From assembly GCA_024275995.1 (NCBI GenBank), contig JAJRYB010000019.1:2728-66727 (forward strand): 64,000 nt of DNA, read 5' to 3'. The first letter of the stretch is position 1. The number at the start of each line of letters is the position of its first letter. The DNA is from Planctomycetota bacterium (GTDB lineage: Bacteria > Planctomycetota > Phycisphaerae > SM23-33). The position numbers and the translations under genes were made by a program. Under the pieces are notes generated by a model. That model saw only the letters and a list, made by a program, of their open reading frames with translations. It had not been told where the DNA came from and did not search any database. Shown here one piece after another: positions 9,624 to 19,495 of this stretch.

Positions 9624-10634
9624 ATGAGCGACAGTGAAGTTTTCGATGTGATTATCGTTGGCGGCGGACCGGCGGGACTGGCGGCGGGACTATACGCCGC
9701 ACGCGACCGGTACAGGACGCTGATCCTGGAGAAAAACGGTCTGCCCGGCGGGCAGATCATGCTCACCGGAGACATCGAAAATTACCCCGCATGGGAGAAG
9801 ATAGCCGGGCCCGACTTCGTGGAGCGTCAGAAGAGGCAGGTGCAGACGTTCGGCGGGGAGATCGAGGTCGGAAAGTCCGTCGGAAAGCTTAATCGTCGCG
9901 ACGACGGGCTGATCGAGCTGGGCGTCAACAACGGTAAGGAAACCTACCTCGCCAGGTCTGTCGTGCTGGCGCCGGGAAGCGATTATCGCAAGTTGGGATG
10001 CCCCGGCGAAGAGGAACTTCGCCAGGCGGGCAAGGTGAGCTACTGCGCCACGTGCGATGGGGCGTTCTACCGCGATAAGCACGTTCTGGCGGTCGGTGGA
10101 GGGAACACTGCCGTGGAGGATACGGTCTACCTCGCCACGCGCTTCACGAAGAAGACCACGATAATCCACCGGCGGGAAGAGTTCCGCGCGCAGAAGGTGC
10201 TCGTCGAGGAGCTTTATCGCACTGCCGAGGAAAAGGACCTCGATATCAAGCTGCCCTGCGTGCTGGACGAGATCGTCCCCACCGACGACGGGGCCCGGAT
10301 CGATCACGTCCGCATCCGCAACGTGAAGACCGATCAGGTCGAGGACCTGAAAGTGGACGGGGTTTTCATCTTCGTGGGAATGATCCCGAACACCGGCTGG
10401 TTGAAAGAGTCCCTTCCGCTCGACAGGAACGGATACGTTCCCGCCGATCCACTGACGATGAAAACGGTCATGCCGGGCGTGTTCGTCGCGGGTGACTGCC
10501 GAAAGTCCGCAGCCATGCAGCTCGCCACCGCCTGTGCCGACGGCGTTGTCGCAGCCATGCAGATCAAGGAGCACTTCCGCGATCCGGATGCGTGGGGACA
10601 TTCGACGGATCAGCCTCAGACCGGGGGCTGGTAG
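9624..10634 (+). CDS. trxB: Thioredoxin-disulfide reductase
   Basis: GGGPAG FAD motif, IENYP, active site CATCDG, GGGNTA and VFVAGD. Confidence 0.92.
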   Translation: MSDSEVFDVIIVGGGPAGLAAGLYAARDRYRTLILEKNGLPGGQIMLTGDIENYPAWEKIAGPDFVERQKRQVQTFGGEIEVGKSVGKLNRRDDGLIELGVNNGKETYLARSVVLAPGSDYRKLGCPGEEELRQAGKVSYCATCDGAFYRDKHVLAVGGGNTAVEDTVYLATRFTKKTTIIHRREEFRAQKVLVEELYRTAEEKDLDIKLPCVLDEIVPTDDGARIDHVRIRNVKTDQVEDLKVDGVFIFVGMIPNTGWLKESLPLDRNGYVPADPLTMKTVMPGVFVAGDCRKSAAMQLATACADGVVAAMQIKEHFRDPDAWGHSTDQPQTGGW

Positions 10635-10655
10635 ACTCCCGGCGTCGCCGTTGCG

Positions 10656-10829
10656 TTAACCGGCGCGCCGAAATTTCCGTCGCGCAGGCGACGGGCGCGA
10701 ACCGGTTGGACGCACCAGGAAAAACTCTCCGCAGGCGGCGCAGCACACCCGTCGGCCTTGCATTTTAAGGGGGATCGACAAGACCGCGCGACAATCTGCG
10801 TTCGGACAACGGACACGTACTGCTTGCAT
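10656..10829 (-). CDS. Small zinc-ribbon protein (57 aa)
   Basis: MQAVRVRCPNADC...G..V.CAACG pattern with a GGAGG SD upstream. Confidence 0.7.
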   Translation of the reverse strand: MQAVRVRCPNADCRAVLSIPLKMQGRRVCCAACGEFFLVRPTGSRPSPARRKFRRAG

Positions 10830-10941
10830 CACTCGCCTCCGGGGAATGGCCTCCAATACCTCTATCGACCTTCCGGGACAAGGCTTTAGCACGTCGTCGC
10901 CCCCGGCGGAAAAAAGACGCCTCGGCTGGATGACGCCGGCG

Positions 10942-12207
10942 TCAATCGCTGACGCGCTCGATATTCGCGCCCAGCGACCGGAGTTTAAGCTCGATCCGCT
11001 CGTAGCCGCGATCGATGTGATAGACGCGCTGGATCGTCGTTTGCCCGCGTGCGACCAGGCCCGCTAGTACCAGTGCCGCCGAGGCTCGCAGGTCGCTCGC
11101 CATCACCGGTGCGCCGACCAGCTGCCGGACACCGGTAACGATAGCGGTCGGTCCCTCCTTGCGGATGTCGGCCCCCATGCGAAGCAGTTCCGCTACGTGC
11201 ATGAACCGATCGGGGAACACTTTTTCCGTGATCGCGCTGTTACCGTCGGCCAGCGTCAGCAGAGTCATCAACTGCGCTTGAAGGTCTGTAGGGAAACCCG
11301 GATACGGCTGGGTCGTCACGTCCGCCGGTTCCAGGCGACGGACGCTGGAAGCCACCGCCGCGCCGTTAGTCTGCTCGACGATAACGCCGACCTCGCGCAG
11401 CTTGTCCACCACGGCCATCATGTGATCCGTGCAGCAGTTCCGCAGCGTCACCTCCCCGTTGGTAAGCGCCGCGGCGATCATGAACGTGCCCGCCTCGATA
11501 CGATCCGGAACCACGGTGTGTTCCGCGGCGTTGAGCGCTTCGACGCCCTCTATCACCAGTCGCGGCGAACCGGCGCCGCGAATCTTCGCACCCATCCGGG
11601 TAAGAAAGTTCGCAAGGTCGACTATCTCAGGTTCGCAAGCGGCCGATTCTATGACGGTCGTTCCCTGTGCAAGCGTGGCGGCCGACATCACGTTGGCGGT
11701 ACCGAGCACGGTGGAACCGAAAGGACCGCCCAGGAAAATGCTGCTTCCTCGCAGGCGGTCGGCGGTGGCGATAACGTCTCCTCCATCCAGGTCGATCTTA
11801 GCGCCCAGCGCGCGGAGCCCGCGAAGGTGAAGATTGATGGGGCGCGATCCTATGGCGCATCCGCCGGGCATCGCGACGCGCGCTTTTCCGCGCCGGGCGA
11901 GCAGCGGGCCCAGCACGCAGATGCTCGCGCGCATCTTCCGCACGCGATCGTACTCGGCGTGGCTGTGGGATTCGTCTGTAACGGAAATCTCCATTCGCCC
12001 GTCGTCGCCGCGGGAAACCTCTGCGCCCAGGTCACCCAGCAGGTCTACCATGTGCCGGACGTCCGCAAGGTCGGGAACGCCATTGAGAACGCTCGTACCT
12101 TCGCCCAGCAGCGCCGCGGCCAGTATCGGCAGAGCGGCGTTCTTCGACCCGCTGATCTCGACCTCGCCCTTGAGCCTTCCACCGCCTTGAATTACAAACT
12201 TGTCCAT
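10942..12207 (-). CDS. murA: UDP-N-acetylglucosamine 1-carboxyvinyltransferase
   Basis: SGSKNAALP, MRAS, PGGCAIG.RP (catalytic Cys), DRIEAGT, FPTDLQAQ and HIDRGYE. Confidence 0.97.
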   Translation of the reverse strand: MDKFVIQGGGRLKGEVEISGSKNAALPILAAALLGEGTSVLNGVPDLADVRHMVDLLGDLGAEVSRGDDGRMEISVTDESHSHAEYDRVRKMRASICVLGPLLARRGKARVAMPGGCAIGSRPINLHLRGLRALGAKIDLDGGDVIATADRLRGSSIFLGGPFGSTVLGTANVMSAATLAQGTTVIESAACEPEIVDLANFLTRMGAKIRGAGSPRLVIEGVEALNAAEHTVVPDRIEAGTFMIAAALTNGEVTLRNCCTDHMMAVVDKLREVGVIVEQTNGAAVASSVRRLEPADVTTQPYPGFPTDLQAQLMTLLTLADGNSAITEKVFPDRFMHVAELLRMGADIRKEGPTAIVTGVRQLVGAPVMASDLRASAALVLAGLVARGQTTIQRVYHIDRGYERIELKLRSLGANIERVSD

Positions 12208-12406
12208 CTCGCCTTCCTGTCCGGGCAAATTTGCCGGGACGAACAGGCCACAATACCGCGCCGGCGCACTTTATTGCAACCTGCCGCCGCTCTTACGGAA
12301 AGTAAAGAATGCCTGTAACGTTCGGCGGGCGGGGCGGTACAATACCGGCGTAGGAAGAATAAGTTTCTGTATGCGCCGAATTAACATTACACGAAAGGAG
12401 TCAGCC

Positions 12407-12685
12407 ATGAAGAAACGCCTGATAGTCACACTGCTGTGCGTCAACGCCGCACTGATCGTGGTGCTGGCGTTCGTAACGGGCCTGCCCAGCGCCCAGGCCC
12501 AGATCGTCGGCGGTGGAACGGATTACCTGCTCATGACCGGGCACATCTCCAGTTCCTACGACGCCATTTATGTAATCGAGCTGAATTCGCAACGAATCGC
12601 CGCGTTCAAGATGGATCGAACAACGAAAAAAATAGCTCTGATGGGCGCACGGGTACTCACCAAGGACTTCCGCAAGGCCGAGTAA
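12407..12685 (+). CDS. Small exported or membrane-anchored hypothetical protein
   Basis: AAGGAG SD and signal-like N-terminus ending PSAQA. Similar to the next gene. Confidence 0.8.
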   Translation: MKKRLIVTLLCVNAALIVVLAFVTGLPSAQAQIVGGGTDYLLMTGHISSSYDAIYVIELNSQRIAAFKMDRTTKKIALMGARVLTKDFRKAE

Positions 12686-12717
12686 CGGCTGGGCATCGAC
12701 CAGGGAGAAAATAAACC

Positions 12718-13002
12718 ATGAAACACAACGAAAACACAATCATCACTTTGCTGCTGGTCACGACGGGAATCCTTTCGTCGCTGCTGGTTTTCTCGCTCAT
12801 CGGCGGGACCGATACCGCCTATGCGGACACGTCGGTCAGGGGTGGAAACTACGTGTTCGGGACCGGCGCCTGGAGCGCGTCCAACGACCTGCTCTATATC
12901 ATCAACCGCGCCTCGAAACAGTTGAACGTGTACGCATTGAACGTCAACTCGCATTCGTTGGACAAGATAGGCAGCGTCGACCTGGCGGCGGCATTCAGGT
13001 AG
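12718..13002 (+). CDS. Small exported or membrane-anchored hypothetical protein, paralogous to the preceding gene
   Basis: Hydrophobic N-terminus, TAYA cleavage-like site, and a shared GG.Y...TG.....D..Y.I pattern. Confidence 0.8.
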   Translation: MKHNENTIITLLLVTTGILSSLLVFSLIGGTDTAYADTSVRGGNYVFGTGAWSASNDLLYIINRASKQLNVYALNVNSHSLDKIGSVDLAAAFR

Positions 13003-13047
13003 CGCCGAGAAAATACGTCGAAAGGGTGTGCGCGCCTTTCCGAGGGA

Positions 13048-13980
13048 TCAGCCGCCGTTGAAGCAGGCATCGACGATCTCGTCGATGTGCGCGGTGGCTA
13101 CGCAGATGGCGGTGTCGGCTGCGCCGTAGTAGAGCTTCACCTCGCCATCGTCCTCGACGACAGCTCCGCAGGCAAAAACGACATTCCCGATATCGCCGAT
13201 GCGCTCGTAGTCCTCGCGCGGGCCGAGCAGCGGACCGAGAGACTGGCCCGTCACGCGCGACGGGTCGTCCCTGTCCAGCATGACGGCGCCGACGCGGTAA
13301 ATCGGACCGGACGAGGTCATCTTCGTGCCGTGATAAATCTCGAGCCATCCCCGATCGGTCAGGATCGGCGGCACCGAGGCGCCGACGCGATAGGAATCCC
13401 AGAATCGCGGGCGCGGGCCGAACAGGAACCGGCTTTGACCCCAGTGCAGCAGGTCCGGCGAGTAGGAAATCCATACGCATCCTATGTGGTTCCCGTAAGG
13501 GCGATCCAGGCGGACGTACATGCCGTTGATCTTCTCCGGAAAGAGCACGCCATCCTTGTTTCCGGGCCCGGAGATCATCCCGAGACGTTCATACGTGCGG
13601 TAGTCCTCGGTGCATGCCAAGGCGATCCGGTGTCCGTGCTCGCCGGCGGCTGTGTACAGAATGTAGTGCTTCCCGTCGATTGGCGTAATGCGCGGGTCTT
13701 CGATACCGTCGCCTTCCCAAACGGACCAGGGTTCCTCCGTGGCGGGCAGAATCCACGGCTCGGAGTCCATGGTGAACTTCAGCCCGTCCTGGGATCGCGC
13801 GAGCGAGAAGAACGAGTATCCCTGCTGGCCTTCGACGCGGATCAGGAGCAGGTACTCCCCGTCGAACTTGATGGGCGAACCGTTGAACACTGTATTGCAG
13901 CGATACGGCACGTCGTCCACTGTCAGAAGCGGATTTCCCTGGTAGCGATGCAGGACGTCTCTTTTTATTCCGTTTGGCAT
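13048..13980 (-). CDS. GH130 family beta-mannoside phosphorylase-like glycosidase
   Basis: NP..T, VFN, EDPRIT, NKDGVLFPEKING, YHG, NVVFACG and YYGAAD. Confidence 0.92.
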   Translation of the reverse strand: MPNGIKRDVLHRYQGNPLLTVDDVPYRCNTVFNGSPIKFDGEYLLLIRVEGQQGYSFFSLARSQDGLKFTMDSEPWILPATEEPWSVWEGDGIEDPRITPIDGKHYILYTAAGEHGHRIALACTEDYRTYERLGMISGPGNKDGVLFPEKINGMYVRLDRPYGNHIGCVWISYSPDLLHWGQSRFLFGPRPRFWDSYRVGASVPPILTDRGWLEIYHGTKMTSSGPIYRVGAVMLDRDDPSRVTGQSLGPLLGPREDYERIGDIGNVVFACGAVVEDDGEVKLYYGAADTAICVATAHIDEIVDACFNGG

Positions 13981-14023
13981 TTTTTTATCAACCTGATGTG
14001 ACGGGGGTGAAATGCCCGTCTCG

Positions 14024-14986
14024 TCAAAAAACTTTATCGCTCTCGAAGCAGACCCGCAGAATTTCCGCCAGCGGCGCCGAGCTGAGACATATGCAACTGT
14101 CCGACGCACCGTAGTAGACGTTCACCTGCCCCTCCTCCAGCAGCGCCCCGCAGGAGAACACGACGTTCGGCACGTCGCCGATGCGTTCGTATTTTTCCCG
14201 CGGCGAGAGGATGGGAATATTCGACCTGGCGATGACGCGCGACGGGTCGTCGCGATCCAGTACTGCCGCTCCCAGGCGAACCAGCGGACCGGCGGAGGTA
14301 TGCTTCTCGCCGTAATAAATCAGCAGCCATCCCTCGTCGATCTCGATCGGCGGGGACGCCGCTCCTATCCGGGTCGAATCCCAATAACCGCCTCGCGGGG
14401 CCATCACTACCGTCTGCGAACCCCAGAATACAAGGTCGTCCGAGTAGCCCAGCCAGATTCGTCCACCCTGGTCCGGCCTGCAGAGCAGAAGATACTTCCC
14501 CCCAATCGTCCGTGGGAACAGTGCGCCGTTCTTGACGTCCACCTGCGTGGCGTACGCGATTCTCTCGATCGTGTGGAAGTCCTGCGTCCGCGCAAGCCCC
14601 ACCCGCAACCCGTGATCGCCGTTGGCTACGTAGGCAATGTAATACGTCCCGTCGATCTGCGTAATTCGCGGGTCGCGCACGCCGATGCTCTCGCAGCCGC
14701 CCACGTTCATGCAGCCGGGATCGCAACCGCAACCCGCTTCCTCGGTGTCACCGGCCAGGAGCGGCTCATCGTCGACGAGGAAGTGCCGCCCGTCGTCGCT
14801 GAGGGCCCGATAGATGCAATGCCGACCTTCGAGCGTTTCGATGGTAATCAGCAGCAGATACCGTCCGCCGACTTTCGTAACGCCCGCATTCCAGATGTCG
14901 CTGCATCTAAAGGGGAGATCTCTAAGTGTAACGATCGGGTTATCCGGAGATCGTGTGAGCAGGTCGCCCACGGGCACAATCTGCAT
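14024..14986 (-). CDS. GH130 family protein (divergent paralogue)
   Basis: DPRIT, KNGALFP, GDVPNVVFSCG and YYGASD. Confidence 0.9.
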   Translation of the reverse strand: MQIVPVGDLLTRSPDNPIVTLRDLPFRCSDIWNAGVTKVGGRYLLLITIETLEGRHCIYRALSDDGRHFLVDDEPLLAGDTEEAGCGCDPGCMNVGGCESIGVRDPRITQIDGTYYIAYVANGDHGLRVGLARTQDFHTIERIAYATQVDVKNGALFPRTIGGKYLLLCRPDQGGRIWLGYSDDLVFWGSQTVVMAPRGGYWDSTRIGAASPPIEIDEGWLLIYYGEKHTSAGPLVRLGAAVLDRDDPSRVIARSNIPILSPREKYERIGDVPNVVFSCGALLEEGQVNVYYGASDSCICLSSAPLAEILRVCFESDKVF

Positions 14987-15135
14987 ATGCTTGTTCCTTC
15001 ACCGATTCTTCGCACCACAGCCATGGGAACGCAACGGCGCCCCGTCTATGTACTTATCGGGTTCCGGCCGAAAAACATGAATACATTGATGACCTCGCCG
15101 ATATATGGAGATTGTTCGACCGGGGTGGAACTTTG

Positions 15136-15645
15136 CTAGAGCAGGTCCCGGAGGAACGGTTTCAGCAGCGCCTTGATCAGGCACAACGCCACGATTCCGG
15201 ACATCACGGCGATAAGTGTTATCCATCGCCACTCGTCCAGCAGCACAAACCCAAGCGCCAGTCCCGCCGCCGGGGGATGTTCGGTGTTGGTGATAACCAT
15301 GACCATCGCCACCAGCGCGACCGCCACCGCACCAAACACCACTTGCGGAAAAGCCGGGATGATTCCCAGATGTTCCGGCAGAGGAATCATGTATCGCAGC
15401 CAGTAACACAACGCCCCACCCGCCATTCCAATGACGTATCCACCGATCAGGAACCTGGGACGGGAAGCGTCCGTGTGCGGCAGCGCGAAAACGATGAACA
15501 GGCTCGCTCCCAATGCCGCGATGACGGCTGTATTGGATATATTGGTCAAAACCGCCAGGACCACCGCCATAGCTATGCCCGCCAATGCGCACTGAAAGAC
15601 ATAGCCCGACTTGTGGCGCCTGAATTTTATGTCGATCAGCTTCAT
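15136..15645 (-). CDS. HPP family membrane protein
   Basis: ALGAS.FIVFA.P, TEHPPAAG and several TM helices. Confidence 0.88.
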   Translation of the reverse strand: MKLIDIKFRRHKSGYVFQCALAGIAMAVVLAVLTNISNTAVIAALGASLFIVFALPHTDASRPRFLIGGYVIGMAGGALCYWLRYMIPLPEHLGIIPAFPQVVFGAVAVALVAMVMVITNTEHPPAAGLALGFVLLDEWRWITLIAVMSGIVALCLIKALLKPFLRDLL

Positions 15646-15759
15646 GTGAAGGCGATCCACTCATTTCAGCCCCCACAACCTAGCACTACCCCACGAGTGC
15701 AGACAAGTTAATATGCCCGATAAAATCGGATGCGAAATCCGCTTCGCCACTCGCTCGCA

Positions 15760-17052
15760 TCAATAGGCGCGAAATATCTTCGAGCCGGGATAGTAGAACT
15801 CGAGTATCCGCTCTGCGGACCAGCCTTTTTGCGCTTTCGCCTCGGCGCCCCACTGCGAGAGCCCCACGCCGTGCCCGAAACCACGCCCGTTGTAGAATTC
15901 GATATCCTTTCCGGTGTCGCGCAGACGGCAATTCATGGATCGGATTTTCCCAGCCGCGGGAATAGTAGCCCGGCTGCGAAGAAGCACCAGTCGAAGGTCC
16001 TCCGATCGGATGCGAATGCTCTTACCCGTATCGCTGAGCAGGTCCACCCAGACGCTCCTGCCGTACGATGTGCGCTTTACGACGCGAATCTCCCGCAATT
16101 CCTTCCAATCGCGAACGTCGTCGTAACTGCCGGCGACTGCGCGGAGGATATCCGCCTTGGATATTTTCACCGGCCCCCACTTGAAGCGCGGATAGAAAGG
16201 TCCGTCCGGATCGCGCTGCCCGCCCCGCAGCGGTTCGATATCCGCGGCGTTGCGTATCACACTCGCGGCGTTAACGAAACCACCGTTGCTGGCAGAGTAC
16301 TGTGTCATGAAAATACGCTCGCTGCCCGGCGTTCCGAAGGTAAGCACCCACGCGTGCGTAGAGCGAACGGCGTCCCACGACTTGTCCGTCTCGGCTGCGA
16401 AGGCGCCGTAGACCTGGTCCGATTGACCTGACATGACGTCGAAGTACCGTCCACGCCCGTATACGCTTTTTTTGTAGAGCGCGTACGTGCGTGCGGCGAC
16501 CGCCAGTGCGCGGTAGGTCTCCGGGGACCAGTCCGCATAAAGTTCACGCGGAAGCACGCCCGCGAGGTAGCTCTCGATGTCGATGTGATTGACAACGTGA
16601 TATGACTCCGCCCCGGAGGGAACGAGTTCGAGCATTCGGCGGTAACTCCTGCCGTTATAGTTCAGCAGGCTCCGGGAGGCCGCGCGCAAAGACAGCCTCT
16701 CGCCTAAATGCGCGACGCCTCCGAAATACCATTGTCCTCCGCGGCGCGATATTTTTAATTCCGTCGCCGCCGAGGCGCCTCCCGCCGGCGTCTCGTCACG
16801 CGCATCGATATACAGGCGAAACGGGCCCGTCGACGAGAACAACCCGGACCGGACGCTCCCTGCCGTCAGGCGAACGCGCAACGTCGGAATACCTTCCAGA
16901 TCGACCGCCGGCGGGGAGAGTTGCTTTTCGGGACATCCGCCGAGACCTATTGCGACAAGAACGCAGGCGAACAAAAGAAGGGTGTATGAAGCCAGGGGAA
17001 TCAGGCGCACCAGCACGTGATCTCGACGTTCCGGCAACATTCCTAACCTCAC
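15760..17052 (-). CDS. SpoIID/LytB domain lipoprotein (peptidoglycan lytic transglycosylase)
   Basis: VN.IDIESYLAGVLPRE, A.AVAARTYA, DQVY and G.GFGHGVGLSQWGA, with lipobox LGGC. Start uncertain (17052 or 17040). Confidence 0.92.
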   Translation of the reverse strand: MRLGMLPERRDHVLVRLIPLASYTLLLFACVLVAIGLGGCPEKQLSPPAVDLEGIPTLRVRLTAGSVRSGLFSSTGPFRLYIDARDETPAGGASAATELKISRRGGQWYFGGVAHLGERLSLRAASRSLLNYNGRSYRRMLELVPSGAESYHVVNHIDIESYLAGVLPRELYADWSPETYRALAVAARTYALYKKSVYGRGRYFDVMSGQSDQVYGAFAAETDKSWDAVRSTHAWVLTFGTPGSERIFMTQYSASNGGFVNAASVIRNAADIEPLRGGQRDPDGPFYPRFKWGPVKISKADILRAVAGSYDDVRDWKELREIRVVKRTSYGRSVWVDLLSDTGKSIRIRSEDLRLVLLRSRATIPAAGKIRSMNCRLRDTGKDIEFYNGRGFGHGVGLSQWGAEAKAQKGWSAERILEFYYPGSKIFRAY

Positions 17053-17087
17053 ATTACAGTCCGAGGGAAACTTGCTGCGCCCGCGGT

Positions 17088-18416
17088 TCAGTTGTTCGTC
17101 TCTCGCAGCGCCAGCCCATATTCCGCGAGGCGCTGTCGTACCTCGTTCAGGCTGGTCTGCCCGAAATTCTTGCAGACCATGAGTTCCTGCTCGGTCTTGG
17201 ACGCCAGCTCACCAAGCGTCCCGATGTGAAGCGCCTGAAGCGCCCGTCGGGCGCGAATGGATAACTCGACCTGTTCCAGCGGCGTGGCGAGGATCCCTTC
17301 GTTCTCGACGCCTGCCGGTTGCGAGGAGACCAACTGGTACTCCGGGTCGCTCTCTTCCATCGCCTGACCGAGATGCAGAGTCTTGCTGTCCAGCATGTCC
17401 TTGATCTCTTTGAGGGAGGTCTCGCCGAAATTTTTGTACCCCAGAAGATCCACCTCGGTCGTTCTCACAAGGTCGCCGAGCGTTCGGATGTTCATCTTCT
17501 TCAGACAGTTCCTCGCGCGGACGGACAACTCGAAATCCGTCACGGGAATATCGAGTACGGCGTTGCGACGGGCGAGGCGCTTGGCCTGGTCCTCGTCGTA
17601 GTACATCGTCTTGGACGCCTCGGCGTCCTTCAGGAACAATCTAGCGCGCGGATGCGCGGGACAAGTCGCCAGCACGCGGCGCAGGCAAGTCGCGGCCATA
17701 TCGTACCGACCGGCGTCTTCGTGCAGAACGGCAAGGTTTATCAGCGCGTTGGTGTGGACGGGAGGTTGCGCGACACATTTCTTGTAAAGCTCGATCGCCT
17801 CTTCCTCGTCGCCGTGCAGGTCGTGGAGGTACGCCAGGCGGAACAGCGCCGCGGGATGATCCTCCTCGATCTCCAGCGCTTGTACATACATCTGGGCCGC
17901 TTCTTCTCCGCAACCGGTCATCTCAAGCAGAAGCCCGCGAACGTACTTGAAGCCAGCCGTCTCGCCCAACTTGCGTTCGAGCGACGAAATAGCCTTGCTC
18001 GCGTTTTGCGTTTCACCCGCGAGGATCCATATCTCCGCCTTCTCGAGTCCAATGGCGTCGGCGTCCCAGCCGCGGGCTTCGGCGCGATCCAACTCCTCCA
18101 CCGCCTTTTCGTAGCTGCGAAGCTGCTTGTAGCATTGGGCCTGGAAGTAGTGGCAATCGCGATTGTCCGTAGCCTCCGCAAACGCCGACAACGCGTCGGC
18201 AAACCTGCACAATATGTAGCGGGCAATTCCGATTTTCAGCGCAACGGCGCCCTTGGCGTCCGGGTTGGCGGCCTCCATCTCGGCTAGAATGCTCTTGAAC
18301 CTGTCCGCAGGATTACTCGTGGAAAAGAGTTCCTTCAACAGTTCCTGGTAGTCCTCGGCGGTCCAGGTGTCCTTGTCAACACTGGCCGTTAAAGCATCTT
18401 GAGATGCCTGTTCCAT
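17088..18416 (-). CDS. TPR-repeat protein with two C-terminal RNA polymerase alpha-CTD-like domains
   Basis: TPR helices, then ELSVRARNCLKKMNIRTLGDLV...KNFGETSLKEI and ELSIRARRALQALHIGTLGEL...KNFGQTSLNEV. Confidence 0.9.
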   Translation of the reverse strand: MEQASQDALTASVDKDTWTAEDYQELLKELFSTSNPADRFKSILAEMEAANPDAKGAVALKIGIARYILCRFADALSAFAEATDNRDCHYFQAQCYKQLRSYEKAVEELDRAEARGWDADAIGLEKAEIWILAGETQNASKAISSLERKLGETAGFKYVRGLLLEMTGCGEEAAQMYVQALEIEEDHPAALFRLAYLHDLHGDEEEAIELYKKCVAQPPVHTNALINLAVLHEDAGRYDMAATCLRRVLATCPAHPRARLFLKDAEASKTMYYDEDQAKRLARRNAVLDIPVTDFELSVRARNCLKKMNIRTLGDLVRTTEVDLLGYKNFGETSLKEIKDMLDSKTLHLGQAMEESDPEYQLVSSQPAGVENEGILATPLEQVELSIRARRALQALHIGTLGELASKTEQELMVCKNFGQTSLNEVRQRLAEYGLALRETNN

Positions 18417-18558
18417 TTGGCGTTCTCCTCAAAGGGAACGAATTTCCCTCGTTCCGATCAATTGGTTTCGTGCGGAAGATCGAGTATTATACTTCCCCGC
18501 GAGATGAATTCAAGCCTTTCAGAAGCGGCTCGCCTGTAACACCAGGATAACGGGTAAT

Positions 18559-19491
18559 ATGACTTCAACCGATAAAAGTCTTCCGGTCCACCTGATCATC
18601 AATCCGCACAGCGGGCACGGTGGAAGGAAAAGGCTCCTGTCCGGCATACGCGCCCAGTGCCGTCGCGCGGATATCGAGCTTATCGAACACACCACCACGG
18701 CGCCGGGCGACGCGACCGAATACGCCTCGTCGATCGCCGCCCAGGCTTCCGCGGCAATCGTCTGGGGCGGGGATGGAACCGTAAGCGAAGTCGCCCAGGC
18801 GCTCGCCGGGACCGACGTGCCCATTCTCCCGTGCCCGGCGGGAACGGAAAACCTCCTCGCACACGAAATGAGAATACCCAGCGATCCACACAAGATCGTC
18901 GATCTCATCAAGTTCGGGCGAATAGTCGAGTGCGACGTCGGTCGCGTCAACGGGCGAAACTTTCTGCTGATCATCGGGGTCGGATTCGACGGAGAGGTGG
19001 TTCGCCGCCTGAGCATCAGCCGGACCGGGCACATCTCGCACCTGAGCTACTTCTGGCCGATCTGGCGAACGTTCTGGGAGCACGATTTTCCACACATGAA
19101 AATTACCGCAGACGGGAAAGAAGTCTTCGACGACTTCGGGATGGCGTTCGTCGGAAACATATCCCGTTACGCCGTCGGACTGAGAATATGCCGCGACGCC
19201 GTATACGACGACGGGCTGCTGGACCTGGTCGTCTTCTCCTGCCATCGTCAGCACGCGCTGGTGTTCCACGCGGCCTGGACGCTGCTTCGCCTGCACCCAC
19301 TGAAAGGAAACGTGATATACAGACCGTTCCGGAATCTTCGCATCGAGACCGACAGGCCCGTCCCCAGCCAGGTGGACGGAGACGTTGGACCGAACACGCC
19401 GCTGGACATCGACGTGGCGCCGGAGCGGGTGAAACTGCTGGTGCCCGAGTCGAGAAACGGTTGGGGGTTCTGGCCGTGGAAAGGAAACTGA
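18559..19491 (+). CDS. Diacylglycerol/lipid kinase family protein (YegS/DAGK-like)
   Basis: INPHSG, GGDGTVSEV, P.GT.N and QVDGD. Confidence 0.92.
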   Translation: MTSTDKSLPVHLIINPHSGHGGRKRLLSGIRAQCRRADIELIEHTTTAPGDATEYASSIAAQASAAIVWGGDGTVSEVAQALAGTDVPILPCPAGTENLLAHEMRIPSDPHKIVDLIKFGRIVECDVGRVNGRNFLLIIGVGFDGEVVRRLSISRTGHISHLSYFWPIWRTFWEHDFPHMKITADGKEVFDDFGMAFVGNISRYAVGLRICRDAVYDDGLLDLVVFSCHRQHALVFHAAWTLLRLHPLKGNVIYRPFRNLRIETDRPVPSQVDGDVGPNTPLDIDVAPERVKLLVPESRNGWGFWPWKGN

Positions 19492-19495
19492 TATA

